Below, in pieces: positions 31,145-42,090 of a stretch of 64,000 nucleotides of DNA (within the stretch, counting starts at the first letter, position 1; each line of letters starts with the position of its first letter). The notes beneath the pieces were generated by a model. It had not been told where the DNA came from. It saw only the letters and a program-made list of their open reading frames with translations, and did not search any database. The translations under genes were made by a program, and so were the position numbers. The stretch is taken from IMG/VR virus record IMGVR_UViG_3300029845_000007. One strand, written 5' to 3'. The DNA is from a virus.

Positions 31145-32038
31145 TTAAGCTCCTGCTGCTGCTGCTGCTGCTGCCGGAGTATTAACAGATGCAAATATTG
31201 TGTCAAGAGTAGCAATTTGTGCAGCTCCTGTCGGAATAGCTAGATGAATTATAGTCTTAACATTTTCGGTGCTACCACTACGAAGGTCACGGTGTGGATA
31301 GAAGGTCAGAGTATATACTGTCCAACCACCAGCATTAGAGAACTCTGGAAGAGTATATAACTTACGAGCATCGTTACTAGTAGAGTTGATACCTTCTGCA
31401 CCAATACAACGAATCTGTAACTCTTTAAGAGCAGCATCATCATTAATTGGTTTCATAGCCTTGGTAGTAGTAATAGTAGCTCCGAACATTGAATCACCTG
31501 CAATCAAGTTCCATGCTTCATAATCAATACCAGTTACAGTAATCTTAGCAGCAGCAACAGTAGCAGTAAATCCTTCATTCTTACCAAGAGATTTAAGTTG
31601 GTCGCCTAATTTCTTAGCAATAATAGCGGCAGTGTCACCTTCACGAGCACGCTCACTAGCCGACCACTTATAACGTTCGTTAAGAACAGTATGAGCTTTA
31701 GCCATAGTTAACGTATAGTCCTTTCCTACTACGGGGGTAGGAACAGTAACTTCCGCACTGAATTTAGTTCCGGCAGCGTAGACACTCTTAACATAAGAGA
31801 AACGTCTAGTATCAATGTCAGAGACAATGTTAGAGTATTTGCTATTATTAGCAAAAGCTCCGCCACCAACAAATAAGGTAAACATCGGAATTCTCTTAGT
31901 AAGAGCTTTAGAAATAATGTTTCCTTCATGGTCGTAAAGAGCAACAGCACCTTCGGTAATACCAGCTGCACCAACAGCAGCAAGAGTAGCCGGAGTAGTA
32001 GCTAATGCAACATTATCTGCAAATAACAGTCTTTCCAT
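31145..32038 (-). CDS. Ala- and Thr-rich virion protein (297 aa) ending in a poly-Ala tail. Possibly a head fibre or decoration protein.
   Basis: ORF with GC-rich codon use. The C-terminus reads PAAAAAAAGA, encoded by a (GCT/AGC)7 microsatellite. Confidence 0.7.
   Translation of the reverse strand: MERLLFADNVALATTPATLAAVGAAGITEGAVALYDHEGNIISKALTKRIPMFTLFVGGGAFANNSKYSNIVSDIDTRRFSYVKSVYAAGTKFSAEVTVPTPVVGKDYTLTMAKAHTVLNERYKWSASERAREGDTAAIIAKKLGDQLKSLGKNEGFTATVAAAKITVTGIDYEAWNLIAGDSMFGATITTTKAMKPINDDAALKELQIRCIGAEGINSTSNDARKLYTLPEFSNAGGWTVYTLTFYPHRDLRSGSTENVKTIIHLAIPTGAAQIATLDTIFASVNTPAAAAAAAGA
31150..31172. repeat. Trinucleotide microsatellite (CTG)7, which is (CAG)7 on the coding strand. It encodes the poly-Ala C-terminus.
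   Basis: Read directly from the sequence. Confidence 0.9.
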
Positions 32039-32039
32039 T

Positions 32040-32693
32040 TTATTCTAATTTAGATAATTCGTTTGAAACTTTCTCATAACTATTATTATTAGAGATAGCG
32101 TTAAAGGTATTAACAGCTCTCTTAATAACTTCTTTCATAGCAACATCTGATAGTTCGTTCGTAGTATCAGTTGCAATATTAATTAGAGTAGGATACTTAA
32201 TATAATTAACTAAGAACTTATCTATCTCAAACGTTGCTATAACTTCAATATTTGATTCAGTCTTATAACATATAGGACTTATAACAATAGATTTTGAATG
32301 ATAATCATTCATTGTTTCACTAACTAAGTCTAAGTCAATCAATCTGCAACGATAAGATTTATCCCCCTTAAAGGAGTAGACTGATGTATAGAACATCGGT
32401 GTAGCATAGTTATTTAATTCTATCTTATAACCTGTACCAAACATTATATCTCCTTGTTCAGCTTCTAGTTTAATACTAGTATGAAGGCTACTAAGTTCTG
32501 TTAATCTTATAACATTATCAGAGATACCATCGAGTTCACGATTACCCTTACGAGAGAAAACGTCTTTGACATATTCGATAGCCTCTAAATTAATTAGTCG
32601 GTCTAACTCTTCAGGAAGTATAGCTCGGACACTTTTCATACCCATTTGTTGGGCTAAAAGCATGAACTCGTTATGTACCTCTTTTACTTTCAT
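32040..32693 (-). CDS. Hypothetical structural protein (217 aa).
   Basis: ORF. Confidence 0.65.
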   Translation of the reverse strand: MKVKEVHNEFMLLAQQMGMKSVRAILPEELDRLINLEAIEYVKDVFSRKGNRELDGISDNVIRLTELSSLHTSIKLEAEQGDIMFGTGYKIELNNYATPMFYTSVYSFKGDKSYRCRLIDLDLVSETMNDYHSKSIVISPICYKTESNIEVIATFEIDKFLVNYIKYPTLINIATDTTNELSDVAMKEVIKRAVNTFNAISNNNSYEKVSNELSKLE

Positions 32694-32705
32694 AATAACC
32701 AGTTA

Positions 32706-33860
32706 TTATAATTTAAGTTTAGTTTCAAGTGCTTTTTTGTAGTCAGCATTTTCAGGATTACTGAAATAAGCTAATGCTTCTTTCATGTTGGCTCCAATGA
32801 ATCCGCCTTCAGGAGTTAAAACAGTTTGGTTAACTTCCGAACGAACTAGTTCTCCTCTAGCGATAGCTTCTTCAATAAACGCTTGAAGTTCAACTTGTGA
32901 ATTGTTAAACAGTTTGTTGAATTTCTCCGGCTCTTTAATTGCGAACTCATCAAGAATCTTTTCTTGAATTGTACGGTCAAGTAACAAGTTAGACAATACA
33001 TCTTGTTTGTTGCTTGCACAGTAGCATACAAAGATAGCTTTGAACTTAACATCATTATCAATAGCATCAAGATAATTACGTCTTGCTTTATTAGCCTGAA
33101 TACGACTACGTTTCAAACGATTAGCTTCACGTTGTTCATCTTTTATGTAGAACTTGATTCGAGAATCAAAACTAATAACAGATACGTCTTTAGCTACAAT
33201 CGGATATAATAAGCAATGACGATATGCAAGATAATCATCTACTTTAATAGGATGTCCATATTTATAACGAGTAGATTCAAGAGCATTAATCTTATTGACA
33301 TATCTAGCAATAGCATCTTTCAACTGTTTAGGATTAGACTTTTCGGCATTATCATATTCTTCTATGATAGCTGTTTCATCTATTTTATAATTCAGATAAT
33401 CTCTTTTCTTTCTCCATTGGAACGAACAGTTGAGTTTCTTTCCGTCACCGTCAACTGGAATAGATATACTATTAAACCAACGTTGAACTCTAGTAACATA
33501 CTCTTGTGCGTTAGGAGAACAGCCAATAAGAGAAGGCATATAAGCTGCCATTTCTTCATAGTTGCTAGTCAAGACTCTAGCTGAATTAATACTACCACCA
33601 ATACTATCATGACGTTCAGCAATGTATCTAGCATTAACTTGACGATAAACAGAATTAATAGTAATATCAGTAGCAAGAGCTATTACAATATATCTTTCTT
33701 CAAGAAAGTCTTTGTCTAAACCATCTTCTTCTTTAAGAATTTGTTCATAGGTTTGTTTAGGAGCTTCAGGAGTTTTAGTCTGCGGAATACTTGCAGACTG
33801 TGGATTTGGATTAGCTAGACTACTACCGAATGTACCGGTTTTTGGTGTTTGTCCTTCCAT
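32706..33860 (-). CDS. Hypothetical structural protein (384 aa).
   Basis: ORF. Confidence 0.7.
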   Translation of the reverse strand: MEGQTPKTGTFGSSLANPNPQSASIPQTKTPEAPKQTYEQILKEEDGLDKDFLEERYIVIALATDITINSVYRQVNARYIAERHDSIGGSINSARVLTSNYEEMAAYMPSLIGCSPNAQEYVTRVQRWFNSISIPVDGDGKKLNCSFQWRKKRDYLNYKIDETAIIEEYDNAEKSNPKQLKDAIARYVNKINALESTRYKYGHPIKVDDYLAYRHCLLYPIVAKDVSVISFDSRIKFYIKDEQREANRLKRSRIQANKARRNYLDAIDNDVKFKAIFVCYCASNKQDVLSNLLLDRTIQEKILDEFAIKEPEKFNKLFNNSQVELQAFIEEAIARGELVRSEVNQTVLTPEGGFIGANMKEALAYFSNPENADYKKALETKLKL

Positions 33861-33885
33861 TATAATTTAGTTTAATTGTTTAACT

Positions 33886-35361
33886 TTAGAGTACACACTC
33901 CAACATGAACATCTTCTCTTGTCTGTCAACTTGCAGACCACGAGACATTTTAACTTCATATTGAGATTTATCAATATCCGTAGATATAGAATTGCTAGGA
34001 ACAGAACCCCAAGACGGTGGAATAGGAGTAAGACCTTTCAATACACCAACAAGATAAGACTGACCTTTCATACGTACCATACGAACATTACGATTTCCGT
34101 TATATACAGAATTGTCAATGAACATCAGTTTGTGAGATGTCATAGGCAAGCCAGTACGAGGATGAATAAGACCATTAGCTTTTGCTGTTTCAGCAATAGG
34201 TGATTTATCCAAGAATGGAAGATGAACACAAGTAACTGTATGTCCGTCAATAGTCTTATATTTACGGAAGTATTTACCATAAGTAAGACCACCACCTTCT
34301 TCACCAATCATCTTTTCTCCAAGTGGAGTAATGAATCCTTCTGACTTAACATCTTCACGAATAGCCATGTCGAAATCTTCGATACCACCTTTACCTGCAT
34401 ACAGAGTAATCTCCATAGAACCAGTATCGGTATCTTTATCAACTACATCACCAATAGTTCTTTTTAACTTGCTAAGAGGCAAGTATTCACCATAAGTATC
34501 GTAGTTAGATTCTTCTAGGATTTCAAACATTCCGGCAGTTTCAGGAATAGGTTGGTCATTATCCCAATCCTTCATATCAATAGTACCATTAACAGTACGA
34601 TTGTAACGAGATGTCCATAAGTCAATCTCATTAGAGATACGCATCTGAACATCGAACTGACGCATTTCTTCATTAATCCAACGAGTATCAGTACCACCGC
34701 CTTTTGTCTTGAAAGCATAACTAACAATAACATTACTAATGTTACCTGCAATTTCCTTGCTATAACGTTTGAATCCTAACTGAGATTTCATAACACCAGG
34801 ACCCATAACATTAGTTTTGTTACCCTTAGAATAAGATTCAGGAATAGACGGAGCTAACATACACCAATACTTACCTTTCTCAAAGTTAGCTGGGTCAATA
34901 TAAGCACTCTTATCTGGATTCTTTAGCTGCAAAGAATACAGATGTCCACCATGATTACCTGCACCGTGGTCACGCATTACACGAACAGTTGTCTTACCAT
35001 CAGGAGCAAGCAAACCATACTGTTCAATAATAAGACCAGTAGCAAACTCGACTTTAATAGGTTTACCACCAATACCAGGAGTAGTATCACTAGTGTCAGC
35101 CCAAACAATGTAATCATTGAATCTTTGACGACCCATTGTCTTCCAAGTCCACTCAACAGTAGTAATGTCACGAACACCAGCAGCACCTTGTCCTTCAGTA
35201 AGGAAAGTTAGCGGGAATCGGTCATCTTCCATACCATAAGTGTAAGTTAAGAAGTTGTTGATTTCCTCCGGTTTTTGAATCATTAAGGCAGCAAGAGATT
35301 GTTCATTAGAATAACCTCTGTCATCATATCTACCTCTTTCGACTTCTCTTAATCTGTACAT
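33886..35361 (-). CDS. Candidate major capsid protein (491 aa).
   Basis: The size, high-expression codon bias (ggt/gct/cgt) and position downstream of the portal in the head block all fit a crAss-like MCP. The assignment rests on synteny and composition only. Confidence 0.5.
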   Translation of the reverse strand: MYRLREVERGRYDDRGYSNEQSLAALMIQKPEEINNFLTYTYGMEDDRFPLTFLTEGQGAAGVRDITTVEWTWKTMGRQRFNDYIVWADTSDTTPGIGGKPIKVEFATGLIIEQYGLLAPDGKTTVRVMRDHGAGNHGGHLYSLQLKNPDKSAYIDPANFEKGKYWCMLAPSIPESYSKGNKTNVMGPGVMKSQLGFKRYSKEIAGNISNVIVSYAFKTKGGGTDTRWINEEMRQFDVQMRISNEIDLWTSRYNRTVNGTIDMKDWDNDQPIPETAGMFEILEESNYDTYGEYLPLSKLKRTIGDVVDKDTDTGSMEITLYAGKGGIEDFDMAIREDVKSEGFITPLGEKMIGEEGGGLTYGKYFRKYKTIDGHTVTCVHLPFLDKSPIAETAKANGLIHPRTGLPMTSHKLMFIDNSVYNGNRNVRMVRMKGQSYLVGVLKGLTPIPPSWGSVPSNSISTDIDKSQYEVKMSRGLQVDRQEKMFMLECVL

Positions 35362-35377
35362 ATTAGTTTTAATTTAG

Positions 35378-36712
35378 TTAGTTCAAGACTAGTTGGTCAT
35401 TATCAACTGTCTTAGAATTATTACCTTTACTATTGATAATAACAGTCCTTTTACCAGTAGTTTGCGCTGCGGCAGTTCTAATAGATAGAACTTTTTGTTT
35501 ATTAACAGCCATACCAACAAGACTAGCATAATCGCCACCAGTAAACCTTAGAAATGCTTTAAGTAAATCATCCTGCATACGAGCATCAGAATCAACTTTA
35601 GCTTCGTCTAACATATAAGCTGTATTACCTTCACTATCAACAGGAGTAGACACATACTTCAAGAAGTCTTTGCGACTAAGCATTACTTTCTTTCCGTCTT
35701 TGTTACATTGGATTTGTTCAGGAATACTATAACCTAATAGTTCGCCTTTGCTAATAGTCTTTTCTACATTATCCCAATATGCTTTTTCTTCAGCAGCAGC
35801 AGCAGCTTCTTTAGCTTCTACTTGTGCTTTCTGTTCAGCAAGTCGAGATTCATATATGCTATCAACAGCTTCTTTAGATTCAACAGCAGTATCATAAAGA
35901 ATACCAGCGTTCTTACAATAGTCAATAAATTTGTTTACGTCTCCTTTCTTACCGCTAAGTTTCCATTCTTCACGAATGAAAGTAGCTTGTTGTTCTTCGT
36001 TATCTTTACTAACAGTAATCTGACTTCTATCAGGTATTTCTACGAAGTCATCAAGAGTACCATTAAGTTTAAGATGATTAATAACTTGTTCTACTTGAGG
36101 ATAAGTTTCAAATAAGTTATTAATAGCAGCAGTTTGAGCTTCTTTAACTCTACTCTGAACTACTGTTTCAACATAAGCAGCAATGCCTTCTTCATTATCA
36201 TCAAATACGATAGGATTACCGTTTTCATCTTTAAAGTCAGAACCGAAACGAGTTTGTAATTGGTTAAGAACACTTGGTTCAGAACCATTTTGAGCGATAA
36301 GTTCAGCAAGTTCAGTAGCAGTACGGAATACAGTTCCGTCAGCAGCAATAGCATTACCTTCAGCATCAATAGTATAATCTACACCGTCTACATTAATAGT
36401 ATCACCTTCTGATAACTTAACTTCCCCCATAGAGGAGTCTTGTTGCTGATTATCCACTTGACCTTGCTGACCTTGATTTCCAGTATTACCATTACCGTTA
36501 TTAGCATTAGTATCAGGATTAGTATCAGGATTACCATTACCATTACCTTGTTGACCTTGTTGATCTTGTTGTCCAGCACCTTGTTGTCCCTGTCCGGTAG
36601 TATTACCGTTATTACCAGAGCCAGCACCTTGACCTGCACTACCAACAGTAGATATATCATCTATTTTAGTAGTACTTAAATCGAGAGAATCATTATTATT
36701 AAAAGTTGGCAT
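35378..36712 (-). CDS. Head-associated protein (444 aa) with a long G/Q/N-rich low-complexity N-terminus. Scaffold or decoration candidate.
   Basis: ORF with GC-rich codon use. The N-terminal 90 aa are made of GNG and QQG repeats. Confidence 0.65.
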   Translation of the reverse strand: MPTFNNNDSLDLSTTKIDDISTVGSAGQGAGSGNNGNTTGQGQQGAGQQDQQGQQGNGNGNPDTNPDTNANNGNGNTGNQGQQGQVDNQQQDSSMGEVKLSEGDTINVDGVDYTIDAEGNAIAADGTVFRTATELAELIAQNGSEPSVLNQLQTRFGSDFKDENGNPIVFDDNEEGIAAYVETVVQSRVKEAQTAAINNLFETYPQVEQVINHLKLNGTLDDFVEIPDRSQITVSKDNEEQQATFIREEWKLSGKKGDVNKFIDYCKNAGILYDTAVESKEAVDSIYESRLAEQKAQVEAKEAAAAAEEKAYWDNVEKTISKGELLGYSIPEQIQCNKDGKKVMLSRKDFLKYVSTPVDSEGNTAYMLDEAKVDSDARMQDDLLKAFLRFTGGDYASLVGMAVNKQKVLSIRTAAAQTTGKRTVIINSKGNNSKTVDNDQLVLN

Positions 36713-37005
36713 AATAAATATGTTTTAATTATTACTTTCAAGTCAAATGTAGTCTAATAATATAAGAAATACAACTCTTGCTAGTTTGAATACCTTACTA
36801 TTAGGTTTAGAAAAGCCTGTATTTGAATTTAAGTAATATAAGAGTTAAATAGTATCAGCTAAAACGAACGTTCAACATAGGGCAAAAGAATAAGCCATTT
36901 TAAGGCTTGCTACGGCATTTTAATGCTTTATAATACAGTTCATCTCTTTAAGGGGGAAAATTCAATAGAAGTCAAAAAAATGCGGTCTACGTCAATCTTA
37001 CGGGT

Positions 37006-37034
37006 ACGAAAAACCCTACGGAGACATCCGTAGG
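37006..37034 (-). terminator. Rho-independent terminator for minus-strand transcripts downstream of the portal gene. The transcript forms CCCUACGG-loop-CCGUAGGG followed by UUUUUCG.
   Basis: Perfect 8-bp GC stem at 37013–37020 and 37027–37034. The A-run at 37008–37012 on the plus strand gives a U-run on the minus-strand transcript. Confidence 0.55.
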
Positions 37035-37083
37035 GCACGTCTGAATCATAGAGAAAGGTATATAGCTAATTATAACTTAGTGT

Positions 37084-39516
37084 TCACTTCTTACTAGAAC
37101 TACTACTAGACTTTGGTTTATCATATTTGTTCTTATTCTCTTTAGCTATCTTTAGTTGATTATCTCTATCTAATGCAGCATTAATCATATCCAAGTCTTT
37201 AGCTCGTTTCTTCTCATTTAGTTCAGCTTGTTTTAAAGATAGTTCGGCAGAGTTATCTTGTGGTACAGTTTGTGCAGGTTGATTAGCTAGAGCAGCCATT
37301 GCAGCTTCTGTATCCATTCCTTTAGCAAGAAGGTCATAATAACCTTTGATTTCGGCAAGTCTAGCATCTTGTTCTCCTTTTGCAGCTATCTGTTCAAGAG
37401 CAGCTTTATTCTTAGCATCTTCTAACTGTTGGTCTAGTTGACGAAGAGATTCTTCGTTTTTCTGACGAATTTCTTGATAACGATTAATAGCTAGTTTAAG
37501 ACTAGATATATTCCCTGAAGTAATAGCTGCGACAGCTGACATTAAATCTCCATTCTGACTAGCATTGAAAGCCCACTCTTTGAGTTGCTCGAACTTCTCT
37601 GTTTCTCTATCAGAGTTCTTAGCTTTAATCACATACTGTCCGAGAGTATGATTCTCTACATTAAGAGAAATATATTGCTTTCTATCTGACTTATCATAAT
37701 AAGAAGTATCTAACCCGTCAATCCAAGCTAGCTTAGAATTATTTAAGTCTACGATATATTCATCTTCACGAAACTTATCAAACATATAATTGGTAATAAC
37801 AGTTCCCATTGAACTACGAATAATTGCTTCTTCCGTAGTACCTTTACCAGCACTAGTAGCTATTTGTCCATAACGTTGTGGTGTCATATCTACCATTTCA
37901 CGTGCACTGACTTTAATAGATTCAATAAGATTAGATATTTCAGTAATATAACCAGAGATATTAGCATCGAGCATTTTAATAGATTGCGCTTTAGTGCTAT
38001 TAATATCTTCTGCATCATCGTATGGAAATATACCTTCAGCAGCTATATTATATATAGCTTCTTCCGCATCTTCTCCAAATAAAGACTTAGCTGCAACAAG
38101 AATAAACATCTTATTTTTAGCTATCATCATTTCTCTATGATAAGAGAATATATTGATTAGTATTTGGAAAGGAGTAAGTATCTCTACAATGGAGAACTTT
38201 CCCATTTGAGGAAGAACTTCTTGAAGTCCACAATATTGCAATCTAGCATCATCGTCTATTTGGAAAGGAATAGGTTTAGCACCACCTGGGTATATACCGA
38301 AACGTTGTCCTCCAATACGATAACCTTCATATATCTGCGGTTTATATACAACAGATATTTCAATATGACCTAGTTCAGGATTAAATTCAAAGTCATCAGG
38401 AACAATCATTTCATCAACTAAACCTACTTCGTTAATATACTTTAGTATCTTAACTTGCGCATATCCTCTCCAATTAACATGCCATACTTCTAACAATTCT
38501 CCGTTCTTTAATCTTAAATCATAACCTTCTGACGGAAATATCTCACCAGTATCTTCTTTATAGTTCTTACACTTTTCAGGAAAATAATAAGTATAAGAAT
38601 TAAGACTAAGAGTACGAGTAGCTCCAACAGTACTAGGATTATAATACTTAGTTATAAATTCTAGTTGTTCCTCTGTTAATTCATCAGAGAATTGGTCTAT
38701 TACCTGATTGTAACTCATTAACATTCTACGAGCTACAATATCATATTTAGATACCATTTGTTCTCCATTAGGAACAGGATACATATCAGTAGTAGGAACA
38801 TATTCTTTAATTAGTTTCTTACCACGAACAGTATGGAAACTATAAACTTCCCCCGTAGTGATATAGTTGAAATACTCAACCGGAATTATTGTCTCATTAT
38901 TAAGAACATCATCAATAACTTCTAATAGTTGCTGTGCTTGTGAACTTATCTCATCTATATAATTATCAATAAAGTTCTTTTCAAACTCTTCTGCATCACC
39001 TGCAAGTTGTGCTGGGTCAACATCTTGTGTTGGTTGTCCTTGAGCTTCTAGTTGAGCGTTTTCAGCTTGTTGCTGTTGTACTCTCTTTTGAACTTCTTGT
39101 TGAAACGCTATCATAGCTCTCTTAACTATATCTTCTCGAATAGCTGCATCACGAGCCATAATAATTTCAGGATTATTAGCACCAACAATAAATTCATGCT
39201 GAGACTTAACATATTCTGATAAATAACGACGAACTACATCATTAATAATATCAAGATTTCTTAGAGTAGCAGGAAACCTCTTAAAGTTCTCCTTAGTAGC
39301 ATTATAAGGATTAAGTGTCTTACGATAAAACTCGTCAGGCATTTCTCCATGAAGTATTTCAAGAAGTTGTTCAGTCTTAGTTCTATCATTACAAGCTAGT
39401 CCGGCAGCAATACAATAATCTATTGTTCTGCCTGCCCAATACTCATCCTTTTCAGAATTAGGGATACGCTGTTTAGGCATATCCCCAAGTCTAACATTTA
39501 GCTTTGCATCAATCAT
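37084..39516 (-). CDS. Candidate portal protein (810 aa) with a long C-terminal coiled-coil or barrel region and a Ser/Lys tail.
   Basis: The size and coiled-coil C-terminus fit large podovirus portals. It lies just downstream of the putative terminase. No diagnostic motif exists for portals. Confidence 0.45.
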   Translation of the reverse strand: MIDAKLNVRLGDMPKQRIPNSEKDEYWAGRTIDYCIAAGLACNDRTKTEQLLEILHGEMPDEFYRKTLNPYNATKENFKRFPATLRNLDIINDVVRRYLSEYVKSQHEFIVGANNPEIIMARDAAIREDIVKRAMIAFQQEVQKRVQQQQAENAQLEAQGQPTQDVDPAQLAGDAEEFEKNFIDNYIDEISSQAQQLLEVIDDVLNNETIIPVEYFNYITTGEVYSFHTVRGKKLIKEYVPTTDMYPVPNGEQMVSKYDIVARRMLMSYNQVIDQFSDELTEEQLEFITKYYNPSTVGATRTLSLNSYTYYFPEKCKNYKEDTGEIFPSEGYDLRLKNGELLEVWHVNWRGYAQVKILKYINEVGLVDEMIVPDDFEFNPELGHIEISVVYKPQIYEGYRIGGQRFGIYPGGAKPIPFQIDDDARLQYCGLQEVLPQMGKFSIVEILTPFQILINIFSYHREMMIAKNKMFILVAAKSLFGEDAEEAIYNIAAEGIFPYDDAEDINSTKAQSIKMLDANISGYITEISNLIESIKVSAREMVDMTPQRYGQIATSAGKGTTEEAIIRSSMGTVITNYMFDKFREDEYIVDLNNSKLAWIDGLDTSYYDKSDRKQYISLNVENHTLGQYVIKAKNSDRETEKFEQLKEWAFNASQNGDLMSAVAAITSGNISSLKLAINRYQEIRQKNEESLRQLDQQLEDAKNKAALEQIAAKGEQDARLAEIKGYYDLLAKGMDTEAAMAALANQPAQTVPQDNSAELSLKQAELNEKKRAKDLDMINAALDRDNQLKIAKENKNKYDKPKSSSSSSKK

Positions 39517-39779
39517 AATAATTCGCTTAGTTTAATAAGTATATTAATGTACCAATCAATAGCACCCGTAGCTATTACTATAATAAGCATTAACACGAAT
39601 CCTATCATTCCGCCAAGCAATGTAGCTAAAATATCTAAGAAATCAAACTTACCTCCCGACATTTTATCTTTAAACTCCATACCAACGGCAAGACCTGCCA
39701 CAAACATTATTCCTAGCAATCCACATGGAATTGCATAGAGGAAATGTTTTAACCTGTTACTTTCTGTTAACCAACTCAT
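39513..39779 (-). CDS. Small two-TM membrane protein (88 aa).
   Basis: ORF with hydrophobic helices. Coupled to neighbours. Confidence 0.5.
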   Translation of the reverse strand: MSWLTESNRLKHFLYAIPCGLLGIMFVAGLAVGMEFKDKMSGGKFDFLDILATLLGGMIGFVLMLIIVIATGAIDWYINILIKLSELL

Positions 39780-39781
39780 AA

Positions 39782-42079
39782 TTAATAACGTTTACGATTC
39801 CAAAAATTTTCTTTTTCTGTTTGAACTCTTTGTCTATGTTCAAGTTGCTTTTTAGCAAACTTATCATTAGCAGCCCATTCAATACCTCTAACAATCATTT
39901 CTGATACACGGTCAAAGTTACCAGTATTAGACCATTTCTTTAACTCTAGTACCGACTGATAATCATATATAGTATGAAGAACAAGCATGTCACGTCCGTC
40001 TTCAAACTTCCCTATGGGGGAATACAACATTTCCTTCAACATACGCAGACCGTCAAGTTTCACTGTCTCACTACTAATATCATAACCAATAGTATTAACC
40101 TTCTTACTATTAATATTAGTGTCCCAAAGATGAACAGGATGATAACCTAGATACTTAACAGCTTTCCACTTCTTAAAATTACTTACTGTTTCACCACGAT
40201 TGATTTCAACATTAGTTGTACCAAGACAATTATAAGTAACTGCAAAGTAATAACATATTCTGTCTGCCTTTTCTAGTTCATCAGGACGACCATAATACAC
40301 AGCACATAGTCTAGGACGATAACCATTATATATACAGGGATTCATCCATACTTTAATACTATTATGAGAATGTTTGTTAGTAAGCTCTTTTTTATCTTTA
40401 TCAATACCAACAGGGTCATAACTAATACTATATATTCCCGGAGGAGTACCTTTAGTCAACTGACCAGTTTTCTTATCTACATATTCAACTTTAATAGGAT
40501 TAAACCACTTACGAATACAACCTTCGGGGTCTTCATTAGAATGACGAGGAACATTCTTAATATAATCAAAGAAGTCTTTTCTATATACACCACCAGTTGC
40601 AGCAATACGTTCATTAGGAATAAACTCAAAGTTTTCAGAATCATATTCCACAAACTTACCGTCTATATAGAAGTTATACCTATTAGACATCTTTAGCTCT
40701 TGTTCCCATTCATCTAGTATCTCACTACTAAATATATTCTCACTTACAGAACTAAATGATTCACTAGGCATATTAGCATATTGTCCACAATAACTAATAA
40801 ACTTAGCAAATGATTTACTTTTAGCTTTTTCAATAGCACGTTCTTCTTCGGCTATCTGAAAACCTAAAACTATATCAGAATTACCGTCATCATCAAGAGA
40901 TGTAAGAGTAGCAATCTGATTATCATCACCAATCTTATAACCTTCAAGTCCCCAACAATAAGGTTTAAAATAACCACATACTTCCGGTCTACTATCTTTA
41001 TCCCATACATTTTCAAATGCCATAAAGTTTCTACCTCTAGGGTCATAGAAGTTCTGTTCAAATGTAACCCAACCAGCATTAGCTTTACCAGCAGTACCCC
41101 AAGCATTAAGAAAACCAGTAGTAACAGAACCTGTCTTTAGTGTAGGTTCAGTAACATCCATAAAATCATCAAAGTTTTCAAACTCTGACATTTCCTCACA
41201 CTTAATTTCTCCGGCATCTTTACCGACAGCGGCAGAAGGATTATTCTTAGTAGACACAGATATACAAGCACTATTCCAACTATTATCATCAATAATGGCT
41301 GTACTAGGGTCTTTATAACCTAAGATAAAATCACTAGCATCAATCTTAGCTATACCTCTTACAAATGGTGTATTAGATTCATAGAAGATAATCTGTTTCT
41401 TCATAAAGTCTGATAAACCACCTGACTGAACTAAGAACTTGTTATCACTAGCTGCATGAATAACAGCACGATTAGGAGTAAGATTAATAAAGTTTGCAGA
41501 ACCAATAGCTTCCATATAACTAAATCCACCACGACGAGTTTTATCATTTATAAGGAATAAACCATTATCTCGACAGAACTGTTTAATCAAGAAGTACCAC
41601 CATTGACAATCTATGAATCGTGGAAATCCTCTTATCTTACGTCCAGTAACTTTACCTTCTTCAACACGAAGTGTTTTAGTATCTAGTTTAAGAATACGTC
41701 CATAATTGATAAAGTTATAATGTTCACCAGTAATATAAACCTCTTCTATCTCACCAGTTCTAGTATCCATAAGACATGGAGCTTTAAAACCTACAAGTCT
41801 ACGAAGAGTTTCTTGTTTACGAAAGTTAGTATAAGGCATACTATCTACTGCAAACTTAGTATAAACCCCATCTTTCTCATAAGCAATAGCAGCAGGACGA
41901 AGAAGCTCTGTATTAACAAATCTCTTATTTTGGTCAATGTTCATTAAGAATCCTCCACTTTCTCCTATTAAGAAATGGTCAAATGGGTCTTTATATCCAA
42001 AGTCACTAGCATGTTTATACTTCTTTCCTTTATCTTCTTCCATGTAATACATGAAAAATGGATATTCAGACAATTGCAT
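39782..42079 (-). CDS. Large conserved protein (765 aa). Putative large terminase subunit, assigned by position upstream of the portal only.
   Basis: Uninterrupted ORF. No canonical Walker A motif (GKS/GKT) was seen by eye, so the assignment is weak. Confidence 0.35.
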   Translation of the reverse strand: MQLSEYPFFMYYMEEDKGKKYKHASDFGYKDPFDHFLIGESGGFLMNIDQNKRFVNTELLRPAAIAYEKDGVYTKFAVDSMPYTNFRKQETLRRLVGFKAPCLMDTRTGEIEEVYITGEHYNFINYGRILKLDTKTLRVEEGKVTGRKIRGFPRFIDCQWWYFLIKQFCRDNGLFLINDKTRRGGFSYMEAIGSANFINLTPNRAVIHAASDNKFLVQSGGLSDFMKKQIIFYESNTPFVRGIAKIDASDFILGYKDPSTAIIDDNSWNSACISVSTKNNPSAAVGKDAGEIKCEEMSEFENFDDFMDVTEPTLKTGSVTTGFLNAWGTAGKANAGWVTFEQNFYDPRGRNFMAFENVWDKDSRPEVCGYFKPYCWGLEGYKIGDDNQIATLTSLDDDGNSDIVLGFQIAEEERAIEKAKSKSFAKFISYCGQYANMPSESFSSVSENIFSSEILDEWEQELKMSNRYNFYIDGKFVEYDSENFEFIPNERIAATGGVYRKDFFDYIKNVPRHSNEDPEGCIRKWFNPIKVEYVDKKTGQLTKGTPPGIYSISYDPVGIDKDKKELTNKHSHNSIKVWMNPCIYNGYRPRLCAVYYGRPDELEKADRICYYFAVTYNCLGTTNVEINRGETVSNFKKWKAVKYLGYHPVHLWDTNINSKKVNTIGYDISSETVKLDGLRMLKEMLYSPIGKFEDGRDMLVLHTIYDYQSVLELKKWSNTGNFDRVSEMIVRGIEWAANDKFAKKQLEHRQRVQTEKENFWNRKRY

Positions 42080-42090
42080 AATCTATATAA

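Noticed and set aside
39782-42079. Confident large terminase call.
   Set aside because: No canonical Walker A P-loop was found by eye. The function is kept only as a synteny-based hypothesis at low confidence.
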